Assembly: GCF_001194135.2 (NCBI RefSeq)
Contig: NC_069006.1
Location: forward strand, 3,727,155 to 3,791,154
Length of the DNA: 64,000 nucleotides
Reading direction: 5' to 3'
Origin: Octopus bimaculoides
Taxonomy: Eukaryota
Both the position numbers and the translations under genes were made by a program. The notes beneath the pieces are model-generated. The model was not told the origin of the DNA. It ran no database searches and saw only the letters and a program-made list of their open reading frames with translations. Below, in pieces: positions 13,037-26,628 of this stretch; the first letter of the stretch is position 1; each line of letters opens with the position of its first letter.

Positions 13037-14181
13037 AAAGGGTTGAAAATGTGTTAAATTTATATTTATACATATTTGAATAAAACAAGTTTTATTTGTT
13101 AACATGGGTGGTAAATATTTCTATTATATATCAATATGTATAAAAATAGAGATACAAAATTATTTCCCTATAAAAAATACTTATGCGAAAACAATTTTGT
13201 ATCTTTATTTTGTTATAGATAGATACGAGATGGTATCAAAAAGTTCCCGGACTAGTTATGTGTAGTAGAAAATAACTTATTTCCCTAAGTGTTAACATCA
13301 TCTCCTTTGATATAGTCACCCTGCACAGTAATACATCGGTCCCAGGGTTCCTGCCACTTTTGGAATCCAGCCCTGGAAGTAATTTTTCGTGAGTCAAGGA
13401 CTTTTTGTGATTCACTCTGGATCTTGACAACAGTGTTAAAACTGCAACTTTTGAGCAGCATTTTCATCTTGGGGAAGAGATGGAAGTCCACAGGTGCTAA
13501 ATCTAGTGAATCGGGCAGGTGCAGAAGTAATACTATGCTGTTTTTGTCAAGAAATTCACAAGTGAGGAGAGCTCAATGACAGGGCATATTGTCCTTATGA
13601 AGAATTCTTTGCGCTCCACAGATCCAGTTGCTTTTGCCAAGCATCCTCCTTCAAAACATCATTGATTGTCCTCCATATTTCCAGGGTTAACACTCACGGC
13701 AGGTTTTCCAGATTGCTCATTGTCTTCCAGAGACATCCTTCCACTCTTGAAGCTCCCATGCCACTCGACTCATGGACTCATCGTGTACAATCTATTGCCT
13801 CATCGCCATAAGCTTGCCAAAGCATTCTCAATGTCTCTCTAGCAGACTTCCCAAGTTTAACACAATGTTTCATGTTGGCTCTTTGTTCCAACTTCCTGTT
13901 CATGACAAAAATTACAGCCTACAGCCTACACGTGATCACAAAAAACACAAATTTCACAACTTGTGAAGTAAACACAGTGATGTCACTTAGTACATTGCCT
14001 CATGAAGGTCATGGCTAGCTCTCACTATGCACACAACCATGTGCTGCCATCTGTTGGCATGCTACAGAACTAGTCCAGGAAGATTTTGGTACCACCTTGT
14101 CTATAATTGAAATATTTAGCACCTATGTTAACAAATAAAACTTACTTTATTCAAATATATATAACACATTTTCAACCCTTT
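13037..14181. repeat. Long palindrome / foldback element (arms ~125 bp) interrupted by the mariner
   Basis: Left arm 13037-13161 is the reverse complement of 13193-13225 joined to 14100-14181; loop ~31 nt (13162-13192). Confidence 0.85.
13226..14099 (-). mobile_element. Internally deleted mariner element with transposase pseudogene (D34D)
   Basis: TIRs CGAGATGGTATCAAAAAGTTCCCGGACTAG (13226-13255) and CTAGTCCAGGAAGATTTTGGTACCACCTTG (14070-14099), 24/30 complementary. TA on the left, TC on the right. Minus translation: N-terminal KLEQRANMKHCVKLGKSARETLRMLWQAYGDEA; C-terminal LHKDNMPCH*ALL...DLAPVDFHLFPKMK...FQKWQEPWDRCITVQGDY, with 34 residues between the second and third catalytic D. Confidence 0.93.
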
Positions 14182-15149
14182 ATTTTACACACACATGCGC
14201 ACACACACACACACACACGCACACAATTAGTAGCATTTAAGGCCAAGGTCTTAACCAGTAGTGGTTTCTAATTTATGTACAAGGCCAGCAATTTTGATGG
14301 TGAGTGGTTAGTGATTACAGCTACTTTAATTTATCAACCTTTAATGAATGAAAGGCAAAGTTGACCTCAGCAAGGTTTGAACAAATGCCACCATGCAATT
14401 TTTTCTCTCCCAACCTACTATCAAGGTTGTTCTTAACTAATAAATAAAAGTATAGCTAAACTTGAGACTGGCAAATATTGTTTTTCCTGATGAAAGGTGA
14501 AAGAGGTTATATTGTCAAAATGCCAGATTTGAACAATGCATAGTTCTTGCATGAATGAATTTTCAACAAACAGAGAGACAAGGGGTGGAGGAAGGGAGAT
14601 AGGGAGGTGGAGAGATCAACATACAAAATATATTGGGGGGGGGGTACAAAAATGTGAAGGCAGCATTATATCTGATACTGCATTTTACTCCAGTAAACAG
14701 GGAAGGGTGCTGTATTTACAATATGATTTCAAATACAATGCAACTCCTTTTTGTAACTAAAAATCAATAATATATTTTATCCTCTTGTCTTTCTAATTTT
14801 TTTTTAGTAGGAGGGGGGGTGAGAATAATGCTACCTCCCCCATTTTGACCTTGATGTTTTGTATTAAATTTCTCACATACATGAGTAAACATGATGCATG
14901 TGTGTTATCCCTCTCCCTATATATAGAGAGACAGACAGACAGAAGTAAGGTAACACTAAACATTGATGTGGCTAGTTGTTCTTATACCAGTATCCAATGC
15001 AGTAAATATGTCTGTGATACACTTAATGTGTGTGTGTGCGTGGTAGTACAGTTAATATGTATCATTGTGCAGTGATGTTTTGTAGCACAGTTAATCTATG
15101 TCTACAATACAATTAATACATGCCTGAGAATTAAACATCTGTGCTGCCA

Positions 15150-17270
15150 AAATTTACACCAGGCTCTGGTGTCTATTTCCATTTACAAAATAACTCATTA
15201 GTGTGACTAATGCTTCAAAGTACCTTTTAAAGTGATGGATGATGGTATAGTTACCAATAAACCTATCAAAGTAGTCCATGCTTATCTCACACCTGTGCTT
15301 ATGGTGTGGAGAAAATCTATTGAAGAATACTGTGAGGCTTTGGCCCAATGTAGCTTTCAGTTACTAAGTAACTTGACATTACATTCAACAAGGACAAAAT
15401 ATCTTTTCCTAGCAATGCCAAAGAAAAGCTACTAAAGTTTGTTTACTTACTGCCTTAAATGTGTTTCTCCTTTCTTGAATTATTGTATTTACTCATGTAT
15501 AAGTCACACAACTAATTTAGTGCTACATTTTGGTACAAAAGTTTTTCTCTCCATAGTATTAGCTTTGCCCCATGGACAGAAGTTGCACTTCATTTTTTCT
15601 TTTTTTCTTCAGTTTAAATCAAGTATTAAAAAGTCCAACTTATACACAAGTAAATATCGTCGTTCAACCCCAACTACCCCAACTAAACCTTACTTTCCAT
15701 TGTAGAAAAAAACAGCTGAATGCTGTTTGTTTAGTTTGTTAGTGTTGCCCTCTCATCTATCTTCTCTCAAGTCCCACTAAATCTTAAAGTTGATGTTTCT
15801 GGAACTACAATCTCAGCGGCCTTTCACTGCGTGATAATAAACCCATCACTTTACCAGATCTTTTACTCACCCCGAGCAAAATCTCTCAACTGGAAAGGAG
15901 CCTATGGTTATCATAAAAAGAGGTAAAAACAGTTTTGTCTTTGTTTTTTACATCAAGGCTACCTTAGACAACACATTGATTAATAAGCAACCGTGTTCAT
16001 ATTTTGTCACAAAGGGTAAAAACAAAGAATAAGGTTCTTCACTGGCATATTAGTTAACACTCTACTCAATCTACAATTAGGACATCCAACACATCCCTGG
16101 CAGAACTAACAGTAGCCTATGCTATTACATGATGCCACTCTACAACATTGTTTCCAAGGAACACATATTCATATAAGCTTTTGTATCATCCTGGGGTGAC
16201 TCAATTATAGCACTATGTCAGGTCTAAAAACTTACACCTCATATGGTTGGAACGGAAACCACAGTTCCTCATCCCCCACATGCTGAACTTATCAACTACT
16301 TACAACCATCTGAGTCACAGTGTCGACTTCAAAGACCTTTTACCATCGTCTATCTCTTACTGTTTGTGATCAGAGATGAATAATCGAGTTTTCACTTTGC
16401 AGTTCCATAGTCAGATATGTCAGCTCCTGTAGCTTTTACTGTCTTCAAAAATATATTCTTCACATTTGGTGCCCCAGTTTCAGTCTCTTCAGACTAGTGA
16501 CCCCCAATTTAAGTCTCAAGCTATTTGAACTTTATTGAAGAACAATAACCTTGTTGAAACTGTAACAACTCCATACCATCCAACTGGAAAATAATAGAAC
16601 ATCTAAAAGGAACACTGTGAAGAAATATAACACTTCCCTTTTATTCAAGAAAGCTGGCAAACAATAGAGTGAGATTTTAAGGGATAACTACCCTATAAAA
16701 TTAAATCCTTCCTTTATACAGTGACAAACTTGATGTTTCATGAAAGACTAAACTTCACCATCACTTATCAAAGGGACAGATTTTATATGGAGGGCTGCCT
16801 GAGCCTGGAGAAGTTTTACTTTGATCGTTTAATAATACTAACAACAAATAATGAGCCATATGCTTGAATATAATTAACCCTGACCCATCTGAAGATATAG
16901 CCACACCTGAAAGACCAAACTCCACAATCACTCAAACCTCTGGTTCTACTGAACAAAGCTCCATTGATTTCTGCTGGGTTGTTGATTTTTAAGAATCCAA
17001 CCCAAAGAATCCCCAAGTTCACTGACGGATGTTTCATCAATGACTACCACAGTGACAATGTACTGAGAACTCAAGTTCAACAAACAGGGGAAAAGGGAAC
17101 GGCCCTCCACCCAATATTAATCTGATTAGTAAAGAGCAAACAACCACAAATCTATTATAAAAATTTCTACATCACTCAATAAGGAACTGGAGACCACTAC
17201 AAAGACTAAAAGCACTGACGACTGGCGTGAAATCCTTGTTCTGATGCGTTACATTTTGGTTCAAGGTAGG
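15150..17270 (+). mobile_element. Decayed Gypsy/Ty3-type LTR retrotransposon pol remnant (RT, RNase H, integrase)
   Basis: Plus-strand fragments in RT-RH-INT order: VTNA..KVMD / VHAYL / NKDK (~15200-15400), HPG-like zinc-binding region (~16190), VDFK (~16322), FTFGAPVSVSSD..PQFKSQ..TVTTPYHPTG (~16460-16590). Many disablements; no LTRs recognised; ends approximate. Confidence 0.75.
15481..15661. mobile_element. Tc2/pogo-like MITE nested in the Gypsy remnant
   Basis: Ends TATTGTATTTACTCATGTATAAGT ... ACTTATACACAAGTAAATATCGTC are imperfect ~24-bp inverted repeats. A second decayed copy lies at ~7690-7857. Confidence 0.65.
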
Positions 17271-17429
17271 CAACCAGCCATTTGCAATTAAACAAACACA
17301 TTTAAACTTAAACTTCAAATAATGAAGCTGAATATCTTGGCAAAATATTCAATTCTCAGCAAATGTTTTGATCATAACATTGATTACAGGTCTGTGGGGC
17401 AATCAATGTTTATATACTATTAATGTAAG

Positions 17430-17940
17430 TCCACAGTACAACTGACATACATCTACAGTGCAGATGGCATACATCTGTAGAGCAGTTGACATACATCTGT
17501 AGTGCAGTTGAAATATATCTATAGTACAGGTGAAATATGCCTATACTATATATATGCCAAAGGTAGTCCAGCTACTATGTCTACAGTTTGGTTAAAATAT
17601 GTCCAAGATGCAGTTAATGCATTCTATAGGGAGGTGGGGGCTAAAATGTTACTTTAACAGTTGAAGTACATCTATAGTATAGCATTACAAGTAATATATG
17701 ACCACAATACAGTAATTATATACCTGTATTAAGTACAGTTAACATATATGCAGAAAGCCGTCAATATATGTTTACAATATAGAAAATATCTGCAGTAAGA
17801 GCTCATGCGTCTATAATATATTTATGTCTACAGTACAGCAAATATATCAATACTGGAGTTTGTATATGCATTGAGCATTGATATATATTTACAATGCAGC
17901 TACTCAATAGATGTCTCCTAAATTTCTCATGTAACATTGA
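17430..17940. repeat. Degenerate ~22-bp minisatellite (ACATCTRTAGTGCAGTTGAAAT-like)
   Basis: Recurring ACATCTACAGTGCAG, ACATCTGTAGAGCAG, ACATCTGTAGTGCAG units that decay rightward. Confidence 0.7.
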
Positions 17941-18409
17941 TATTTCTGTAGTTCGGCTAATACATTATATAACACGCAGATACTATAGGTGTTCATTATT
18001 GATAATATGTATAATACAGTCAATATGTATCAGCATCGTCATTGTTTTAACATTCTCTTTCCCATGCTTGTATGGGTCAGAGGAAAAGTTTCTACAGCCA
18101 GATGTCCTTTCTGTTGCCAACTCTGCCTACTTCCAAGCAAGGAATTATTGGGGCCCAGACAGGTTTATGCTGAATATTGGAAATGAACATCACTACACAT
18201 GATGGCAAGACAAGGATGGATACGGACACACACACGATAGGCTTCTTTCAGATTTTGTCTACCAAATTCACTTACAAGGCTTTGATTGGCTCAGAGCCAT
18301 ACTAGAAGACACCCGCCCAAGGTGCTACACATTGGGACGGAGCCCAAAAAGCCATATGGTTGCAGACAGTAAAATTCTTAGCCACACAACCACACCTGTA
18401 CCTGTGATG

Positions 18410-18449
<40 letters not shown>

Positions 18450-18452
18450 TTT

Positions 18453-18491
<39 letters not shown>

Positions 18492-19109
18492 NNNNNNNNN
18501 NNNNNNNNNNNNNNNNNNNNNNNNNNNNNNNNNNNNNNNNNNNNNNNNNNNNNNNNNNNNNNNNNNNNNNNNNNNNNNNNNNNNNNNNNNNNNNNNNNNN
18601 NNNNNNNNNNNNNNNNNNNNNNNNNNNNNNNNNNNNNNNNNNNNNNNNNNNNNNNNNNNNNNNNNNNNNNNNNNNNNNNNNNNNNNNNNNNNNNNNNNNN
18701 NNNNNNNNNNNNNNNNNNNNNNNNNNNNNNNNNNNNNNNNNNNNNNNNNNNNNNNNNNNNNNNNNNNNNNNNNNNNNNNNNNNNNNNNNNNNNNNNNNNN
18801 NNNNNNNNNNNNNNNNNNNNNNNNNNNNNNNNNNNNNNNNNNNNNNNNNNNNNNNAAAAAAAAAAAAAAAAAAAAAAAAGACACACACACACAGAAATTA
18901 ATTAATTAAAAAACCCTCCAGTAATTGCAGCTAAGTGGGATTATTTTTTTAATCAAGTGAAAACAGAATTCTTCAATAGTGATTAAACAAGATTGAGATT
19001 ACTAGTAAATTGATGATATGGAGATAGATACTAGCTGCAGGTGCACGTTTGCACCTAAATTTGCATTGATACATACAGCTGTAGATAACCAGACAAGGAG
19101 CCTCTAAAC

Positions 19110-19370
19110 CAGTGGTTTTCAACCGGGGCCTATATGGCTTTTGGGGACCCATATTTTGTTGTTAAAATTTATCTGCAAAAAATTGGTTATACTTCTACAA
19201 TAGATAAAAAAAAATTTTATTTTTTTTATACAATCCCTAATAATATCTAAATTTTAAAAAATGGGAATTTTCAAACATCGAATAGCTAGTAGGGTACATC
19301 AAAGTAAAACAGGACTCAATAGAGTCCATAGGTAAATTTTTTTTAAATGGTACAGAGGCTCAAATTGACT
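19110..19370. mobile_element. hAT-like MITE, left end recognisable
   Basis: Begins CAGTGGTTTTCAACC, preceded by CTCTAAAC (resembles the hAT-Charlie target consensus); right end decayed. Confidence 0.55.
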
Positions 19371-19949
19371 AGTAAAAACTCCATAAACCTGTATCTTGTC
19401 TTTAAAAAAAGAAAAGAACATTAAAAAAAACCAAGACTATTTTTCTGTCACATCTTTTATCACAAGGGCTGACCAGGAGGGAACATTATGTGTCACTAAC
19501 TGAAGTGGATATAAGAATTTATGCAACCCAAATTTACATTGAAATATATTACCCTTGTTTCAATTAGTTTTGAGAATAAAAAATTCCTTAAAGTAACCGT
19601 TATTATACTGGTCTTGTTAACATGAAATTTTGATGGGAGGTTTTAATTTAGATCACTTTAACCCTTTTGTTATCATATTTCTGTCAAAGTATACTTCAAT
19701 TGTTTCAATTAATTTTGAAGATAATGAAGAATTATGAAAATAACTTTGTATTTATTGAACAGTTGTTTGCCATGTTTATTAACATGAAATTTTAATGGGA
19801 AGTTTTAACTCAGATCACTTTAAAACGGAATCTCTAACACTGAACCGAGGAGGGCAATATTGAGAAGAGCCAATGCGTGCAGCCTGCAGGAGATTATGGT
19901 GGAAAGATGAGTGAAACTTGCAAGTCATGTTTTCTGACTGCTGGCAGAC

Positions 19950-20008
<59 letters not shown>

Positions 20009-20726
20009 TTCAAGAAGACATGGCACACAACTTTCAAAAGAAATTCTGAAGCAACTGTACAAGAAGGGATTGAGATTGGTTACGGTTCACCATTTGGCAC
20101 AGCTCAGAGAGAGAGGGCAGATAGGGAGGGAGAGACAGACAGACAGACAGGCAAAAACACTGATCAACCCTGTTGTTATGTATGTCGTTACTTTTAGGAT
20201 GGTTTTTTTTTTTCTGTCTTATCACCAATCATTTCACAATATGGCCAATCACAGAGTGTAAAATATTCCATTAACTTACTTACTTTTAACAATGTTCCAC
20301 AAACTGAAGATTTGTAGATATTTGGTAAAAATAACCTAGAATGACTACATAGTAAAATATGGCACAGAGCAACAGCAAAGGAAGCTACCGAAAACAGGAA
20401 AAAACACACACTGCATGTGGACAGGGTGAAACCCTCATCAGTTATTGACCAAAAGTTCATCACAAATTCAACATCTTATGATATTGTTCAATTTGATGGT
20501 GTCAGCAACTACACACACACACACTTAATTAGCTATTAAGATGTGCTAGCTGTAAACAAGGTAATTTAATATCTATGAGGCTTACATTGTTCAAGGTTAA
20601 CTAATTAAACACTAATTAGATTACACAAACTCAACAATACCGAAACCTGTTAAAACAGTTTCCTATGAAATGGAAAGAGAAAGCAGCATCAAAAGACGGA
20701 CAGTATGAAATAATTGTCCAAGAATA

Positions 20727-20773
<47 letters not shown>

Positions 20774-21548
20774 GAGAAAAAAATGTACATTCANNNNNNN
20801 NNNACACACACACAAACACACATACACACTAACAGATAAACCACCAAACCATGCACACACACACACACCAGAAGTCAAAAACTCCGTGATTTAAGACACC
20901 CCTGACCATCCCCAGTGATGTCCATCAAAAAACAAAGTGTGTTGGGTTAGTACTGCTCCTGACATTGCCATTTTTATATTATAACCAAGAGAAGAGGGGT
21001 CAGATCTCTAAGTAACTAATGAGAAAACTATTCAGTAAGCCCAATACCAGTCCATAGTGTGTATGAGAGATGGACAGACAGACAGGCAAGGAATAGTCAA
21101 ATGCATCTTTATATCTGATTCAAATGCATAAACTCAAATCAGAAGGTGGCCCTCACCACTCAATAATATCTATGTTAGTGTTGTAGCTTCTTCAAGTGGA
21201 ATGGGTTTAAAGTTCTGTGTAACAAACCAAAAACTCGAAAGAAACCTTGGTGGCTAATTGAAGGGTCTGCAAATCATTTAGGCAGGAATATAGACAAGTT
21301 GTTGAGGGGAAAGAAATACAAACAAGATATCTTTTAACTGGTTCTCTAAATTTTCTAACACAAGTGGTTGGGGTGTGAAAAGCAAGGACAACTCTCTTGC
21401 CAATTAGAGAAAGTCAAATTTAAAATATTTCACATAAGAATATTAACAAAAAAAATGGGGGGAAATCAATCCCAATTTCTAATTCAAATTTCGATTAAAA
21501 CAGACAAATAAAAAAATAGTTAATATGCAAAATTGATCAGTTTACTTT

Positions 21549-21909
21549 TTAAGCCTTTTGGTACGAAACCCACCAGAAGCATTTCTGCTTTAAAATTATC
21601 CAAATTAAAACCTTCCATCAAAATTTCATATTAACTTATGATCCAAACAACAGCTTAATATAACGACTAAGTTATTTTATTAAATTCTTTATTATTTTCA
21701 AAAATAACTGAAACAAAAGCAATTGATTTCAACTGAAATATGGCAACAAAGGGGTTGAATTGATCTATATTAAAACACTCCAAAATTTCATGTTATGTTA
21801 CAAACATTAGCTTAAATATGAAAGCTATTTTACAAAATTCATTATTTCCAAATTTAATTGAAGAAAAAGCCAATGTATTTCAACAGAAATATGCTAACAA
21901 AAGGGTTAA
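21549..21909 (-). mobile_element. piggyBac-like MITE family 1, complete copy
   Basis: TTAA|GCCTTTTGGTAC ... CTAACAAAAGGG|TTAA; internally similar to 37111-37491. Confidence 0.8.
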
Positions 21910-22701
21910 TCTTGTAAAAACTATCTGTTAGTCCCTATTACTGCCATCAAACCAAGAGTCTTTGGCAACCCTTCCACACTACCCAGAAATGCAATATCTG
22001 CACACCTTAGCACCAGAAAGGGAGGAGAATATTCTCATTGAAGAATGTAAATTAGAAATAGAAAGACAGACTGACTAATCCAGTTTCTAGAATTGCTATC
22101 AGCATCAGTTCAATAGCAGCATCTTTTTAATAGCAAGAGCAGAAAGAAAAGGTCAGTTGCCATGGTAATAGCAGAGCAAAATCAATAATATTCTGAGAGA
22201 GAGAGACAGAGAGAAAAGAGAGAGAGAGATGCTAGTTTAGATGACAGAATACAAAGTCACTTAATAGGATGCACAAACAGAAAATTGAAGCATAGAGATG
22301 GTGCTAATTTAGAATTCACAAATGTAATTCTAAGAAGACAGAGAGAGAAAGAGAGAAACAGAGAGGGGGGGAGAAGACATCAAAGGAAGATAAAATAAGT
22401 GAATTCAATGTTTCACCTGCAATAGGTAAGAAGTAAGAAGAAAAAAGAGAAGGAAAAAATATTTTGTAGAAGCAATGAGGAATGAAGTAGAACTGTGTAG
22501 GTGTTGTATATTGAGATGGAGAGAAGACGAAGAGGACGACAAAGATGAAAATTCAAGTGAAGGAAACTTTATAATGATGCACAAAGTTTGTTGCTTCAAT
22601 CAATCAGTTTATCAACACAGTGACCTAGCATTAACGAAGCCCATTTTATAGTATTCCATATGGTGGCCGATGGTGGTGGTGGTGGTGAGGAGGATGAGGA
22701 G

Positions 22702-22737
<36 letters not shown>

Positions 22738-22821
22738 GGACAGCTATCAGCTGGTAGAAAGAAACAATAGAGTAAAAGGTAAGAAAAATCAATAATGCCA
22801 CCACTATTACTGCTGCTACTC

Positions 22822-22871
<50 letters not shown>

Positions 22872-23233
22872 GCTACTGCTGCTACCACTGCTATTTATTA
22901 TGTATGCTTAGCTGGCTAGTAGCAGCAGGAGTACAAGTACAGCCTGGCTGATATATAGAATGTACAGATTTAGTCAAAGAGGAATGGAAACAAAAAAAAG
23001 GAAGAAAGAAAAGAAAGCCAAAAATAATCAATTCATCTCAAAGTACAATCCTACTACCACACCACTCTCTCATCCCACCCATTACATCATAAAACTACTT
23101 CACATCAATTGGTTTTGATTTAAAGAGGTTTTTAAAACAGTGAGATTGTATGTATGTTTGAGTATGGTGTGTGCGTGCACATGCATGTGTGTGTGTTTGT
23201 ATGTGTGTGATGTATGTGGAATGTAGTGGGGGG

Positions 23234-23275
<42 letters not shown>

Positions 23276-23572
23276 GTTTAATGTTTAGTGTGTACATGTA
23301 ATGTATGATGATTGTGGTAACTGTCTAGTGTACTGTCTGTGGTGTGTGCGTAATGTATGACGTGTGTGTGTGTGTGTGTGTTTTATTATGGTGTATGGTA
23401 TGTGTGTAGTGTACAGATGTGTGTTGTGTGTTGGATGGCGTGTGTGTGTATGTGTAGATAAAGTAGCTAGCAAAGGAAAACTATCAGCTGTCAACAAGAT
23501 TACCATCCAATAAAAGGCTGCTTCATTTTTCATAGATTGCTGCATTTCTAGTAAACAACCTTGTCCTGAATT

Positions 23573-23624
<52 letters not shown>

Positions 23625-23769
23625 TTTCTGTTTGTTTAGTTCTGGCTTTTTATGCGCCAGAATACATGCAACTGTTGACCTTAGCATTATTATTGTTGTT
23701 GTTGTTCTACAAAATGTAGATCTTTTACAGTCAGGTTGTGGAATTATGCCTCAGCCCCCGCCCACGGCT

Positions 23770-24140
23770 CAGAGACAATTTTATTATTATTATTATTATT
23801 ATATTCTGCTGAGGTTGACTTTGCCTTTCATCCTTCCAGTTGAGCAACTGGGGTTGATGTAATTGACTAGTCCCTCCCCCAAATTGCTGGCCTTGTGCGA
23901 AAATTTGAAACCGTTATTATTAATATTATTATTATTTGCAGTAAGTGGGGAAAATGATTTGCAGCATTCCTTCCAGCTCTTTACATTCTGAGTTCAAATT
24001 CTGCTTGAGTCAATTTTCAACTTTGCCATTCATCCTTACAGACTCGATAAATAGGAACCAGTAAAGTACTGGGGATCAACATAATCGACTTTCCCCCCCT
24101 TCACTCAAAACTGCTGGCCTTGTGCCAAAATTTGAAAAAA
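23770..24140 (+). mobile_element. Tandem Nin-type SINE copies
   Basis: Two TTGCC(T/A)TTCATCCTT cores, each followed by GCTGGCCTTGTGC.AAAATTTGAAA and an ATT-rich tail. Confidence 0.75.
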
Positions 24141-24437
24141 TTTTCTCTTCATCATTATTATTATTATTCTTATTAATTAATCTTGCCTTCCTTTTAGATC
24201 ACCCCCTCCAACTGCCACCGACTTTACATTCATCCCTGTACTCTCCCCAATGTTTTGAGTCCGTGTGGCTAATAAATTATTATTATCATCATCCTCATAA
24301 TGAATCAAGACAATCTGGTTAAATAATTATATGAACACACAGAAAAGTCTGGAAGGATATCAAGGTAGACTTAACTAAAATTTTAACATTTTATTACTTT
24401 AACATTAAGGATCAGATATCACCTGTACTTATATAAC

Positions 24438-24500
<63 letters not shown>

Positions 24501-24798
24501 ACAGCAGCAGCAGCAGTAAAAATTGATGCTACACATGTCTATACATATAAAAATATGCACATACATGTCTATATAAAAATATATATGCACAAGTACAAAA
24601 ATATACACACACACACACATACACACTTTGCACATATTTATATATTTATTCTACATATATTTTAATATATACCAACAAAAATGATAAATTATAGATAAGA
24701 GGGGGTGAATGGGGTAGAGGGGGGAAAACTGTAATAATTCCAAACCCTGGATGTAAAAACAGTTCCAATTGCTAATTAATTAAAATACCACACTGCCA

Positions 24799-24854
<56 letters not shown>

Positions 24855-25700
24855 NNNNNNNNNNNNNNNNNNNNNNNNNNNNNNNNNNNNNNNNNNNNNN
24901 NNNNNNNNNNNNNNNNNNNNNNNNNNNNNNNNNNNNNNNNNNNNNNNNNNNNNNNNNNNNNNNNNNNNNNNNNNNNNNNNNNNNNNNNNNNNNNNNNNNN
25001 NNNNNNNNNNNNNNNNNNNNNNNNNNNNNNNNNNNNNNNNNNNNNNNNNNNNNNNNNNNNNNNNNNNNNNNNNNNNNNNNNNNNNNNNNNNNNNNNNNNN
25101 NNNNNNNNNNNNNNNNNNNNNNNNNNNNNNNNNNNNNNNNNNNNNNNNNNNNNNNNNNNNNNNNNNNNNNNNNNNNNNNNNNNNNNNNNNNNNNNNNNNN
25201 NNNNNNNNNNNNNNNNNNNNNNNNNNNNNNNNNNNNNNNNNNNNNNNNNNNNNNNNNNNNNNNNNNNNNNNNNNNNNNNNNNNNNNNNNNNNNNNNNNNN
25301 NNNNNNNNNNNNNNNNNNNNNNNNNNNNNNNNNNNNNNNNNNNNNNNNNNNNNNNNNNNNNNNNNNNNNNNNNNNNNNNNNNNNNNNNNNNNNNNNNNNN
25401 NNNNNNNNNNNNNNNNNNNNNNNNNNNNNNNNNNNNNNNNNNNNNNNNNNNNNNNNNNNNNNNNNNNNNNNNNNNNNNNNNNNNNNNNNNNNNNNNNNNN
25501 NNNNNNNNNNNNNNNNNNNNNNNNNNNNNNNNNNNNNNNNNNNNNNNNNNNNNNNNNNNNNNNNNNNNNNNNNNNNNNNNNNNNNNNNNNNNNNNNNNNN
25601 NNNNNNNNNNNNNNNNNNNNNNNNNNNNNNNNNNNNNNNNNNNNNNNNNNNNNNNNNNNNNNNNNNNNNNNNNNNNNNNNNNNNNNNNNNNNNNNNNNNN
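24855..25700. other. Largest assembly gap (846 N)
   Basis: Other N runs: 988-1326, 2353-2365, 5894-6254, 18492-18855, 20794-20803, 28531-28637, 46029-46424, 53184-53193, 58319-58418; most abut microsatellites. Confidence 0.98.
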
Positions 25701-25741
<41 letters not shown>

Positions 25742-26276
25742 CAAATATGCACAAGTTGTAAAGTTGTGTACATGTAAGTAGCTTTGTATATAATTAAAAT
25801 TTATAGGAGGGAGGCCATGCAAGTATTCAAATGCTAAATATTTTCCTGAAACATCAGTTATAGATTTAATTATAGTTACCTGTCCACACACACACACACA
25901 CACGTGACTACACTAATTTCACAAATGCGTAAATTGAGTACATTAATAATTACAACACAGCACGCGCACACACACATTTATATAAACACACACATTTGAT
26001 GGTTACAGAGCTGTTGCATACTGCACAAGCTAATTCAGGCCATCTTACTACAGCTACTACTACAGCCACCACCACTGTTGCTGCTATGTTAGTAACATCA
26101 TTTACATCCTAACCACCACCATGCAATTGAAGTGATGAGATGTGGTGGCTTTAGCACTACCAGCCACTTAAACCAAATCCAATTTTAGTGAAAATGAATC
26201 ATAACCATTAAGTAAGGTATGTCTATTTAGGGTAACAGGGTGACATTAATTAATGTTTCCTGTCCTCCCTCTCTCT

Positions 26277-26322
<46 letters not shown>

Positions 26323-26540
26323 TTTGGGTCAGTAGCAGGAAGAACTGAAACCAAATTACAATGTGTGTGTGTGTGTGTATAACACACACACACACACACA
26401 CACAATGAGGTAGTGGATGGAATTCTGGCCAGTCATTATACAGTAATGGCCAAGCTGCTCATTACACTGTGGTTTTACAAATGACCACCTTCAACAACTT
26501 AGCTATTTCAGTATAACAACCTGAGGAGAGCAGAACCATA

Positions 26541-26628
<88 letters not shown>

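Noticed and set aside
20284-20335. 52-nt minus-strand exon candidate with a GTAAGT donor
   Set aside because: Weak polypyrimidine tract and no SPEN-like coding signal; expected by chance in 64 kb.
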